Source: Parasitella parasitica NRRL 2501
Taxonomy: Eukaryota > Fungi > Mucoromycota
NCBI GenBank assembly: GCA_025201805.1
Contig: MU619284.1
Span: forward strand, 84,484 to 148,483
Direction: 5' to 3'
Length of the DNA stretch: 64,000 nt
The notes under the pieces were generated by a model. The model searched no databases, was not told the DNA's origin, and saw nothing but the letters and a program-made list of their open reading frames with translations. Below are positions 25,583 through 39,433 of the stretch, in pieces; positions within the stretch are counted from its first letter, which is position 1; each line of letters opens with the position of its first letter. The position numbers and the translations under genes are program-made.

Positions 25583-28267
25583 ATGACCTACACAGGCGTA
25601 GGCGCCTTTTTTCAATTGCTAAGGACATATGCTCCTTTAGAAAATAAGGCTCTGCTGAAGGAAGTGGCTCCGTTCACCTTGATTTTATTCTTGATTGTGT
25701 ATGCCTGTGTGCTCATCGCCGACGGCTACTACTTTCTCTTCTTCCTCATGCTTGGTTTCGCGGGTGGCCTTTTTTATTCCAGCAATGGGTCCACTAGCCC
25801 TGACTTTACACAGTACGAGCAGAGCATCTTCTACAAAGAGCAGACATTAGAGCAGGTAACAAATGCACATTGCCATGCAGACACAACCGAGAATTGTTTA
25901 CACGTTAGACCAGTTTAGTAACAGCCTAGAACCTGCAAAACAAGTCGAACTTTATTATCCGCCTCTAACCATTGTTGTTAATCAATTGCTTGACTATGTT
26001 ATGCGTGATTTTGTCTCTAGCTGGTGGACGCCCATCAACGTGCACCAAGATCTTACATTTGAACGGCTGGCAAGAGAACGGCTCAATGCTGCATTTTTGA
26101 ATGTCCAAAAGATCCTGCTAAATCAAGAGAGAAATGATATTGTCATGTCAACATTGTACGGCGTAGCGAATACATTGATTATTCACATGGTAAAAAAAAA
26201 TTTTTTTTATCAGCACTTGGATCGTTTGCTCCTTATTTTGATTTATTGACAAAGTCTCCCTTTGATATGTAGAGAGAGTGCAGAGCCTTTGAAGAGTCAG
26301 AGCTGTCCATGGATGACTATGTCGTGGAAAATCCCCAATCACCTTTTGCCCAGCTACTCTCTAAAGAAGAGCAGCACCGCCATCTTCGAGCGCTTGGTCA
26401 AACATTTTTAAAACGCTCGTTGCCAAGCACAGACAGAGATTCGCTTCTGCTGATGAGCCTCTTCAAGGAGTTGCTGGCTAATTTTTTATTCGGGGGCATT
26501 CTGGACAGTTTAAGCGATCCCGATTTCCTCAATTGTTGGATTGTTGACCTCTTATCTGACAAGGAAAAGGCCAAGGCAATCTCTTCCACCGTGTCTGCCG
26601 CTGCGATAGTCGTGACACCAGAGGTCGGGTTAGTAGAGCCATTGTCTATAGTAGAGCAGCCGTCCGATTCGATGATTAGAAAATCAACTGAAGATGACGA
26701 CAGTACTACAAGCAGCCTAGATCAAGTTACGCCGCCAGGTACGCCAGAGCCTGTACGATCGACAACTCTCAAACCCGCACCCATTGTAACAACACCCAAG
26801 CAAGAAACAACCATGCTGGCATCATTGCAATCTCCTCCTCCTCCTCCTCAGTCCTCGTTATCCTCGCCCATCATGATATTCAGTCGTGGCTCAGTCAATT
26901 TCACCATCATGGACATCTCTGCTCCTCAGCCGAGCGATCAGCCGTTGAATAAGTGCGAGCTAGTGTATATAGTGCAAATAGAGCGACCTGCCATGGATGA
27001 CCATGCGGGCTCTGAAGGCGGAGGTTATGTGATAACGAGAAGTTATGCCGACTTTGAGACTTTCAATGCCATCTTACATGCACGACATGCTAAACGGGCA
27101 GCCAAACTGCAACTCAAGCTCCCACTAGACACAGCACTCAAGTCATGGCTAAAGAAACCAGCAGTACAGCAAAAGAAAAAAACACAGCTGGAAGCAGTGG
27201 GCATGGGGCTGGAGAAATACATAGATACCGTGGTGCAGGATGAAGAGCTGGGAACAGATCAGATCATTCTGCCATTTTTGAGAAAGGAAAGAAGGGCTGA
27301 AATTGCGGATGGCACAGTTACGTCGTTTGCAGAAGAATACAAGGACGAGGTCGCAACAGCTGCAGCAGCAGCAGCAGCGGCGGCGGCGGCGGCGGCGACA
27401 GCAAATAGCGCGGCATCGGATACTGCATCCATCTCGACTAGTAAGTCAAGGTCCCTGTTTTCTCGCAACAGCACAAGCACTATGAATGCAGTAGTCCCTT
27501 CTTTGCAAAAGACAATAGATATGGAGGAGAGGCAGAGCATAGATTTTGATATTAACAATAAATGGTTTGCGCCAAAGCAGAAGACAAGACAGGGATCTGT
27601 GTCGAGCGTCCAGAGCAGCCTTTCGAGGGATAGCCTTGCAACAACAGTGGTGAAAGAAGAGGAAGAGGAATCTGAAGGAGACAAAAAGCCAGCTGCGACT
27701 GAGGCTTTTGTAGATGACGACAAAATCAAACGTCAAAATACCCCATCTACCAGCAAAATCAACCACAAGCCGCTTTCACCAATGGACGTCGAGCTCTTGA
27801 TTGAAACCACATACGCTCTCGTAGTCGAAATCTTCAACCTGACAACTTCCAACAACAAGGCGTGGATGCGCAGGTCTATTTTGAACCTGCTGCGAGAAAT
27901 TGTGCGTCGTTCCTACGCACAGTTCATCTCTGAGCAGTACGCTGATTTTGTGGAAGAGTACATGTCCCCGGATGCTATTGTTGGCCGTCTGAATCAGCTG
28001 GGAGAGCAGTTTTGGCCCGAGGGCAAATGGATGTTGGACGGAAAAGAGCAGGCCGAGAGGACACAGCAAGATAAAGAAAAGAGCAAGCGGCTGGCGAGGA
28101 CCATGTTGATGACTGAATTAATTCCTAACGCTGTGAGGCAATTGATTGGGGATCAAAACTGCAATACGGCAATGGATCGCATTTGGGCTCGTTGTCAAGA
28201 CCCTAATTTGAATAGAGTCCTTATTCTGCAAGTGATGGAGCGTATAATCAAGCCTATTTTGAGTTAG
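25583..28267 (+). CDS. PXA-PX-Nexin_C sorting-nexin-like membrane protein (Mdm1/SNX13-14-19-25 class)
   Basis: N-terminal TM helices; PXA motifs LLDYVMRDFVSSWW and LSDPDFLNCWIV; PX motif ITRSYADFETFNAILH; Nexin_C motifs AWMRRSIL and QFWPEG. Confidence 0.8.
27353..27397 (+). repeat. GCA/GCG trinucleotide run encoding poly-Ala inside the PXA/PX gene
   Basis: gcagcagcagcagcagcggcggcggcggcggcg. Confidence 0.85.
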
Positions 28268-28827
28268 AATAAAATGTACATATATTGATATTATATTTGC
28301 CTTGTGTGGATCATTCTTCTACTATATATTCACATGCAGTTTAAATATGTATTTTCTGCTCTTTGTAGTTCATGTGATCAATGCTTAAAATTCTGTATTC
28401 ATGTACATGCTTGAGTTGTCATTCGGGTTGTTGCTAGTATCTGCTGATGCTCTTCTGAAAGTATCCTTTATTATTGTAAAGAGGGGGGGAAGGGAGGTAG
28501 CACACACATTCGTCTGTTGCTGGAGCTCTTTGTCTTTACACACATACATTTACACAATGACTAAATTTATGGTGACTCGAGGATTGCATGATTATATTTC
28601 ATTGTTAAACGCCCCATTAGCGTCATGGCTGTATTCAGGAGCAGCTACAAAGTTGTTGTTCTGTGCTTTTGAACACAATCAATCTTCGTCAGTAAAGAGT
28701 GGCCCTACTTTGCATTTCACATGTTCCCTTCAATGAGCAATATTACAAGAAAGGCGCTAATTTACATCAAGTATAAAAAGCTCAGTGCAGAGTGTCTAAT
28801 TTCTGCATCTTTTATTCAAATTCAATA

Positions 28828-29441
28828 ATGAGAAGCATGCTCTTGCCTTTACTAGCCATCTTTGCTGCAATCTCAACCGTTTGCGCGAGCGAGGATTTCA
28901 ACGACGCCGATTTTCAAAATCAAGTACTAGAGACACACAATAAAATAAGAAAAGAGCATAAAGTAGAGCCACTCGTATGGGACGACGAACTTGCAAAACA
29001 TGCTAAGAGATGGGCGAATACATGTGTGTGGCATCACAGTAACGTATGTGTGTACAAATAAGTATCTATGTATAGTTTAATTAATTATCTTTGTATAATG
29101 TAAAGGATACCCGCCCTTACGGTGATAAATGTGGCGAAAACATATCATACGGCCAACCTTCGATTTCCGCCGCCATCGCAGAGTGGCATGATCTTGAAGT
29201 TAATGATTACAACTTTGGCACTGGAGAATCAAAAAATGGAAACGAAATTAGACACTTTACTCAAGTCGTATGGAGGAAAACGCAGAAAGTTGGATGCGCC
29301 CAGCATTACTGCGATAATGATCCAGATACCAATAAGGATTTAGATGGCAATTTCTATGTTTGTAATTATTACCCTCAAGGAAACATAAGAACTGCGGAGG
29401 CCTACACGCATAATGTTTACAGCAGCTCTTATGAGCAATAA
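28828..29441 (+). CDS. Secreted CAP/SCP/PR-1 (Pry-like) protein, one intron
   Basis: Signal peptide, HNKIRKEH, LVWDDELA, GENI, HFTQVVWRKTQKVGCA and YVCNYYPQGN. Confidence 0.92.
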
Positions 29442-30614
29442 CATACACACATATATTACAATAATAGTTGAATAAAAATAATCCTTTCAAGAAGCAGTTT
29501 TTTGTTTTAACTAATGCAAAAAAACTTTTTGTACGATATGTACAATCACATTTGCCACAAGTCCATGCGTATATAGTTCAAATAGTGGTATGATTTTATT
29601 GCTCTAAGAAGGTCGTCTTACCCCTTAATGATGGAAAAGGAGTTTGAGCATAAAATCGGGAAAATCATAAACCCACCAACATCAATACTTGCCCACCCAA
29701 AGCTTGTATTCGACAAAATTAGAAACATCATCATCAACAAAGCATTGCAAAGAGCCACAAAATATCTAGTAAATACGTAATACTTTGCAGCTGTCAAAAT
29801 TACTGGTACAAAGAATTTCAAGATGAAGTATTACCACTTTGATGGTGTTTTTCAGAGCCTTTTTGATGGATTAAGAGCTCAAAATTATACCAAACGACTC
29901 TCCATAACTTGCAGGTGCCATATGATATATTTACAGAAAAAAAAAGATCGACAAAAAATCTATCGATTTTTGACGATTTCGCATGATGGTCCATAAGGCC
30001 AAATCAACAAAAATCACTCTATCTTAAATTTGACCTCAAAAATAAAGTTTTCTGTTATGGTGTATATTAATCGAAAACAACCCCAAATGTTCAACTACTA
30101 TTATGCGATTACCTATTTAGGTTTTGTATATGCAAGAAATGAACTTTTAGCCGAAAAACACGTTTTTTTTCAAATAGACAAATCTCAATTTTTTTAGTAT
30201 AGAATTTTTAATCAAAATGCACAAAAAGATAGAAAACTTGATTCCCTACAAAAATTAATTAAAATGTATTGTATACTTGGCTAGTAAATTTTAGAGATAT
30301 GGACGAAAAAGTGCAAATTTTTTCCAAATTGGTTCCAGGTTTGGTCGTATTCCTCTAATAACGGATCCTAGTGCGGAGAATGAATATTTTTAGCAACAAA
30401 TGAATTCAGTCTGAATTAGGATGCAAAATGCCTCACAAAAGGGCATAATAAAGATTGAGCATCGTGAAGGATTAAAATTTTAAAATGCATGTTAAAGCTG
30501 AAATGGTAGGAATGTCTCGCAGCATTTTAAAAGATCTTTGAGTAGTACATGAGCATGGATAAACATAAATTTATTGAGATTCACATTACGCTATCAGTTA
30601 CCGTATTTCTACTT

Positions 30615-31824
30615 AATAGAAAAATTAAACTTTCAGTTATACACCGTCCATTTTTTAGAGCTTGCCTGGAAAAGTCTTTAAACACACTTGCTTCTACACA
30701 AGTTTACCGTGTGCTATACGGCGATTCTTTTCTTTTTTATAGATAGATGGACGACCTTCCCCACTCCAATGTGCCGTTGATATACTGGCCATATTCTTGT
30801 TGGCGTTCATGCCCCGGTCCCACAGAATTGGACAGTTTTTGCAATCTTGAAGCCCATAAAACCTTTGTCTATATGTAAATTTTAAATCATGCTCTTAACT
30901 CTACATGAGGAACAAACCAATCAAATTTGTGAAAATTAGCCCCTAGTGGCTTTCGTTTATTTCTTACCTTCAATGTATTATATTCATTCACCGCGACAAC
31001 AGCTGTTGTTAACTGTTTTGATAATATTAGTTGGACAGCGGTCAAATAATGTTGAAATGGCTAGCATTTTTCTGGATGGAGGTAAAAAAAATACAATAAA
31101 TCAAACCGGAAGAAACCAACAGAAATAAGAGAAGGAAACGAAAGAGAAGAAAATAAGTAGTTAAGGACAAGTTCAGGCAACATATATGACAAATTATGAA
31201 AAAAGAAGACCAACTGTTTTTGCAGATAACTTTTGATAGACGCAACGAGCAACTTTCTTCCAAAAGAGCCGGTTTACAAGAAATCCAAGTTTACCCCATC
31301 GGTGAAAGTTTCTGTGGTTGTGTTTGGGACGAAGGCTTAAAAAATAAGAAAAATGCTCTCATGAAAGGGCTTCTCTCTGGAACCAGTGGTGTTCTTCCGA
31401 TGTCACTATACTAGAGATCAAAACAGTTAACAACAGCTGTTGTCGCGGTGAATGAATATAATACATTGAAGGTAAGAAATAAACGAAAGCCACTAGGGGC
31501 TAATTTTCACAAATTTGATTGGTTTGTTCCTCATGTAGAGTTAAGAGCATGATTTAAAATTTACATATAGACAAAGGTTTTATGGGCTTCAAGATTGCAA
31601 AAACTGTCCAATTCTGTGGGACCGGGGCATGAACGCCAACAAGAATATGGCCAGTATATCAACGGCACATTGGAGTGGGGAAGGTCGTCCATCTATCTAT
31701 AAAAAAGAAAAGAATCGCCGTATAGCACACGGTAAACTTGTGTAGAAGCAAGTGTGTTTAAAGACTTTTCCAGGCAAGCTCTAAAAAATGGACGGTGTAT
31801 AACTGAAAGTTTAATTTTTCTATT
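30615..31824. repeat. Long inverted repeat: 408-bp arms (30615-31022 and 31417-31824) around a 394-bp spacer
   Basis: The left arm AATAGAAAAATTAAACTTTC...AACTGTTTTGAT is the reverse complement of the right arm ATCAAAACAGTT...GAAAGTTTAATTTTTCTATT. Arm lengths are equal and no mismatch was seen in the parts compared by eye. Confidence 0.95.
31030..31745 (+). pseudogene. Fanzor (eukaryotic TnpB-like RuvC nuclease) C-terminal fragment, degenerate, with a 50-nt intron
   Basis: Ordered motifs: GQR..VEMASIFLDGGKK; VVVFG/DEGLKNK..MKGL.SG; VVAVNEYNTLK (RuvC-II-like); intron 31472-31521; VCSSC..DCKNC (Zn ribbon); LWDRGMNANKNM (RuvC-III-like, NRD Asp replaced by Gly); WSGEGRP. It carries several stops and frameshifts. 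Confidence 0.78.
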
Positions 31825-32283
31825 TTATTTTTCTGAAGGTCATCCAAAGTAATACTGTAAATGTATAGTCATTTCACCGAGTTTGACTGATTTATACATT
31901 GTCTTTTAATGTTGTGGTCTCTGATTATGGTGTGACACAAGTAAGATACTTTTCTATGATATGCTATAATCGGCGCTAATTTAGAAAGATAATCAAAAAA
32001 GATGGATAAAAAGAAAGGGTGTAAAACAAACAAGGAAGAATCTGAGATTATCGTCTTAGATTCAAGCAAGCCTGGATTGATCACGAAAGCATGATTGGGC
32101 CATTTCATATACGGCAATTCAATCACAAGCACTAGATTCGATGCGCTTTTTGTGACTATGTGAAGATGATGATAATCAGTTTTGATGGGAGGTTCTTCTA
32201 TATAAAACATTCCAGATTCTCAAACATCTCTTTCGGTTTCTTATTTCTTTACACAATCTACCTGAACTAACATACAAATCAAA

Positions 32284-33786
32284 ATGCCTGGAAACGATCT
32301 TCAAGCTAATGGCAACAACAAGCCCAGAGAAGCTTCTGCGTCCCCTTATGCATCCACTGATCCCAACTCAAATGTCAACAATTTCAAGATTATTGAATCC
32401 ACTCTCAGAGGTAAGGCTGATAAACCAAAGCAACCCTTATCGCTGTGTACTGATTTCAATGTTTATTTAGAGGGCGAGCAATTCGCAAATGCTTTCTTTA
32501 CCACTGAAATGAAAGTTGGTAAGTGTGTGTTACGCTGGAGGGTTTTTGAAATAAATCCGCCGAGACAGAATACCTAATTTTTCTTTCATTGATTTAGAAA
32601 TTGCAAAAGCTCTTGATAGCGTTGGAGTTGATTACCTTGAATTGACTTCCCCTGCTGCTTCTGAGCAATCCCGTAACGATTGCACAGTCATTTCTAACCT
32701 CGGTTTAAAGGCCAAAATCCTGACTCATGTCCGCTGTCATATGGACGATGCCAAGTTGGCCATTGACACCGGTGTGGATGGCCTTGATGTCGTTATTGGC
32801 ACGTCTAGCTTCCTCCGCGAGTTCTCTCATGGTAAAGATATGGATTACATCACCAAGCAAGCTATTGAGGTAATTACGTATATCAAGAGTAAGGGTCTTG
32901 AAGTTCGTTTCTCCACTGAGGATTCTTTCCGTTCCGATCTTGTTGATTTGTTGAGCATCTACAAAGCTGTTGACAAGATCGGCGTGAATCGTGTTGGTAT
33001 CGCTGATACTGTTGGTTGTGCAAACCCTCGCCAAGTCTACGAACTCGTCAAGACCTTAAGAAGCGTTGTTAGCTGTGATATTGAATGCCATTTCCACAAT
33101 GACACTGGTTGTGCTATTGCTAATGCCTATGCCGGTAAGCTCCAGATCATAGATTTATTCGTAGTATGTGTGGTATTTACAGAGCATTGTGTTACATAGC
33201 GTTGGAAGCTGGTGCTACACATATTGATACTTCAGTTCTCGGTATTGGTGAGCGTAACGGTATTACACCTTTAGGTGGTCTTTTGGCTAGAATGTATACA
33301 GCTGATAAGGAGTATGTCAAGACCAAGTATGATCTTACCAAGATCCGTGAGGTCGAGAACATGGTTGCCAAAGCTGTTGAAGTTACAGTTCCTTTTAATA
33401 ACTATATTACTGGCTACTGTGCTTTCACTCACAAGGCTGGCATTCACGCTAAAGCCATTTTGAACAACCCTTCAACTTATGAAATCTTGGACCCTACTGA
33501 TTTCGGTATGACTCGTTATGTTAGTATCGGTCATCGTTTGACTGGTTGGAATGCTGTCAAGAATCGTGTTGAACAACTTGATCTGGATTTAACTGATGAC
33601 GATGCCAAGGTAGTTACAGCTAAGATCAAGGAATTAGCAGATGTCAGACCCCTTTCCCTGGACGATGTCGATATCTTGCTGCGTTCATACCATCATGCCA
33701 AGGCTGATGGTGCTCACAAAGACCTCTTGGACATGATTGGGAAGCCCGAACACATTACCTCAATTGGATCTGAAGCAACCGCATAA
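32284..33786 (+). CDS. LYS20: Homocitrate synthase, 3 introns
   Basis: FKIIESTLR|[54 protein letters not shown] and [21 protein letters not shown]. Confidence 0.96.
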
Positions 33787-34166
33787 GCCGACCCACAAAT
33801 TAGCACGCCTTTTACTCCATAAGAACAGCAACGACATTATAAATATTCTACTCCCATTCCTTTTTTTTTTTTTTTCTTTTTGGATAATCTCTATTTATTT
33901 ATTTTGTAAAACTATTTCTTTACCGCCATATTCACACATTCTACTTCCATTACATGTATAAAACAAACCCAAGAAATAAAAAAGAAATATACGATCAAGA
34001 TCTATTATTAATTAATTATATAACCCAATAGATCTTTCCATCTGATCGATTTACTACATTTGGAAATAACACAGTTTGTGAAGTATAAAGGTCTAGATTA
34101 ATGATGTTATTCAGAAATATCAGGAAGTGATGTATACTAGTGCCACACTGAATAAATACGTTTCAG

Positions 34167-34734
34167 TTAATTTAAATTCATACAAACAGGTTTACCAGAG
34201 TATGGACAACAGGGATTAGCAGGGTCTAGTTAAACAATAATTTTTAGTTTTTTCATGCAAATTCATAAAAAAAAAGCCTTACTTTGGAATTCGCAGCTTG
34301 ATTTGCATTCTTTAGGACAAGGCCTAAAGATGACTCTAGGACAAGGACGATCTAAACATGATGTTCTTTTATCATTGTTGTCTTCTTTGTTAGAAACTAC
34401 GTTTCTTTTCGTCTCAGATTCAAATCTCTTGTGATGCGGTGGCCAATTCTTGGGCTTCTCGTTGGGGCAATGAGGCGGATGTGTCTTTGGGCATGGCAAA
34501 TCAGGGTAGATACAGGTATTTCGGCATCTTTTTGGGCTGCATAATGTTAGCTTATTAGCCTCATGATATTTACTGCGTCCCTTATTCTTACCAAGGAACA
34601 ATAGACATGATACAAATTTCTTGATCAGGTTCTACGATGAGGGAATCGTTGCTCGCAGGCAAAGAATCCACGTTTGTAGCGAGGGCAAAAACAGATACTA
34701 GCAAAGTAGCGGCAATAAAAAAGATGGATTTCAT
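34167..34734 (-). CDS. Small secreted Cys/Pro-rich protein with two Cys modules separated by KR sites; 2 introns
   Basis: Spliced product: MKSIFFIAATLLVSVFALA...EICIMSIVP|CPKRCRNTCIYPDLPCPKTHPPHC...HKR..TKR..DKRTSCLDRPCPRVIFRPCPKECKSSCEFQ|NPANPCCPYSGKPVCMNLN*. GT-AG junctions keep the frame, and a TATA-like element lies upstream (~34790-34801). Confidence 0.75.
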
Positions 34735-35227
34735 TTTGCAATAAATGAAAATGTATTGGAAAAAATGGTCAGGAATGAGTTATCAGTGTATATTTATATA
34801 AGGCAAATTCCAAATCTTTGGCTGTCAGAATTCTATGCTCGTGATATAACATGGTACATCGGCAATACTCTTACTCTATATTCACTTTTACATGCATATA
34901 ATAAATAATTATGCGCCAAATGTAAAGTACAGTTCTTAATCTAATTTTATTTACTCCTTGCGCAATATTCCTTTCATAAAGCCATTTTTTATGTGTAAAA
35001 TTCGGTAGTGTACATTATTATTGTCAATTGACATGTACGTATGTATATAATTCAAATTACATGTGTCTCATGGCATGATCGATCATGCAATTTACGGCGT
35101 ATGTGGGCAAAAATACCCATAAATTAAATTTCAAACAATGTGTCTAATATATGCATTGGTTGATATTTAATACGTATAGTTTTTATTATCAAATATTATG
35201 TATATATAAACCAAGAATTTAGTAAAT

Positions 35228-36870
35228 CTACAAGAAATTGAGACCAAAACCAAATTGAATTTTGGGTTGAGGGAGATCTGTAGATTTATATTTTAAAGGT
35301 ATGCAGTAATTTAGTTCAATTTTAGCAATGCTATGATGAAATATCAGACCGAAACCGGCAGAAGTACGGGGCGTTTCGCTAAGAGCCTTGATAGTGTCAC
35401 CAATGCTGACACCTTTGGTGCTAGAAACAATGCTACCAGCATTTATAAATCCATGGGCTTTAACAGGCAAATGGGTAAAGCCAGGGATAGAGGCAATCAA
35501 ACTAGCACCAGCAGCCCAATAACCTTCACCACCAACAGGCTCTTCTATATATGCATAAATCATTTGTGATCAGTATACGTAAATAGTTCCAACTAGCATA
35601 AACATCTTACCGCTCTCCCTAATACCACCCATCTTGAAACCTCTGACAGACAATGGACCGCCCACGTAAAAACGATCAGACATCTTTGGTCCACTGCTGG
35701 CCTTGCTATTTTCCAAAATAGTGGAAAATATACCTGCTCTAAAACTAGTGCTAAGGACAAACGTGGCATTATCTTTACCCTTGCAGTCAATAAGAGGCTG
35801 GTGATAGGATGCGTTCAATTCATGCTTCAAGAAGTTGCTATCACCACGGCCGCCCAACCCAGCCAATTCTTGGAAAACGCCAAAATAATGACCCTTGGTA
35901 GGAAGCACAGTGTTATCACGTTGATCGCGCACAAAAGAGTGATATACAGAGGTCTTTTCGTTTGCACCTGACTGACTACGTACACTATGCAAAACTCGCA
36001 ATCAGAATGCAATCCTTTCTTCAGCACACAAACATTTAACAGCACTTTACCCTTGAGAGGCAGCTGACAAAGCGGTGACATCTCTATGTGTCACCGCATA
36101 GGCAACTTCGTGCTCACCATACTGGGTCCATCCCCTGAGGCGAACGCCAGTTGCCTTTGCACTTTCCTTGTATGCATAAATTTGAGAATGGTCTCTAATG
36201 GAACCATTTACAAAAACACCGATTCTAGTATTGGCATTTCCGCGGAAAGGCGTCTCGAAGGCACCCTATGTGATAAAATACGCTTAACTATACGTCTAAT
36301 TTGCAGCGACCTAGTTAGATAGTCTACTTACCTCCACTGCAGCCTTTGTACGATTACCAAATGCAAAATTAGCAGAGACTGATTCAGCTCCACCGAAAAT
36401 GTTGCGCAAGCCAACCCCACCGTTCTAAATAATCTGCATTTTTAGTCGTACTAGACAGATCAGAGAGTATTGCCATTTCTTACCAATTCAGCTTGGTTGT
36501 TTCCAATATTCAACTTGGTCTCGAACAAACCCTTATCTTTTTCCTTCAAGTGGAGTGTGACATCAACAGTGTCAGCAATATCATGATTCGTGTCGAGATA
36601 GATCTTGATTTCATCGAAAATGTCGTGCTTTTGTAATTGAGCAGCAATGTCTTGGACTCTTTTAAGGATTTCTTCAGTGGTGTTGGCGGTGAACACATTT
36701 GAAGTGACGCTATTCAAGAAGGAATTGCGTGTAGCATTTGTGCCCAAGATGCGCAGAGCATTGACACGGAGAGGTGACTCTGCTGCGACGTGCTGTCTCT
36801 ATGGGTTTAGTCGAGTTTCTATTACATGTCAAAATTGATTACATACAGGAATGGGTGTTTCTGTGGACAT
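35228..36870 (-). CDS. SAM50: Mitochondrial outer-membrane Sam50/Tob55 (Omp85 family)
   Basis: POTRA-like N-terminus, LRNIFGGAES, RDQRDNTVLPTKG, DRFYVGGPLSVRGF, and C-terminal ELNYCIPL..QFGFGLNFL. Confidence 0.92.
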
Positions 36871-37010
36871 CTGTTTTATGCAAATGAATAAATAAAAAGA
36901 AAAAACTGTGTGGGGAAGCAACACATTTTAAGTGTTTAAAATGAACGAGGTCACATCAAAAACAGCAGGTTATTATGATTTCGATGTCCCCCCTGCCAAC
37001 TCCAACGTTG

Positions 37011-38889
<1,879 letters not shown>

Positions 38890-39281
38890 TACCGTTTCTA
38901 TTATNNNNNNNNNNNNNNNNNNNNNNNNNNNNNNNNNNNNNNNNAAAAAAAAAAGAAAAAATAATATAACATTCATAAGGAGTGAATTAGCTGTTTTGCT
39001 TTTATTACTGCTGTGACTAATGTGTCTCGGTGTAGTACAGTACAATAAAACTCACTTTGATGTGTGATAATACAAATGATACTGAAACTAAACATCTACT
39101 CTACTGGAATGTGATATATAGTAGGATTTGGAACAGTAGACTGATTCACACTTGTATTGATTGCGTTCATCATGCCATTCAACCTGCTAGTATGGCCATG
39201 TCTTCCACATGAGCGGCATTGTTGTATTCATTGAATACAATGGGTTACCATTATTTTACATCCGCCATCATGATAACCGTC

Positions 39282-39433
39282 GTCATAGCAACCGTCCCTG
39301 GATCAAATCTATTGTTATAACCTTGTTTGAGAACAAGTCTCAGATGTGATCTGGCAATCGCTGTCATAGTAACCGTTCCTGGATCGGATCCAATATTGTA
39401 GACTTGTTTGACAACTAAATGTCAAATATGATG
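39282..39433. repeat. Diverged tandem duplication with an 81-bp period
   Basis: GTCATAGCAACCGTCCCTGGATC..CTTGTTTGA at 39282 versus GTCATAGTAACCGTTCCTGGATC..CTTGTTTGA at 39363. Confidence 0.7.

Noticed and set aside
29611-30358. Possible non-autonomous DNA transposon (GGTCGT..CC.CT.AA at 29611 and 30343; short similarities to 58810-58960)
   Set aside because: The matches are short, AT-rich, in direct orientation and in different order; no TIR pair or TSD could be established by eye
38905-38944. N-runs (also 7589-7598 and 45158-45167)
   Set aside because: Assembly gaps at homopolymer tracts, not biological features
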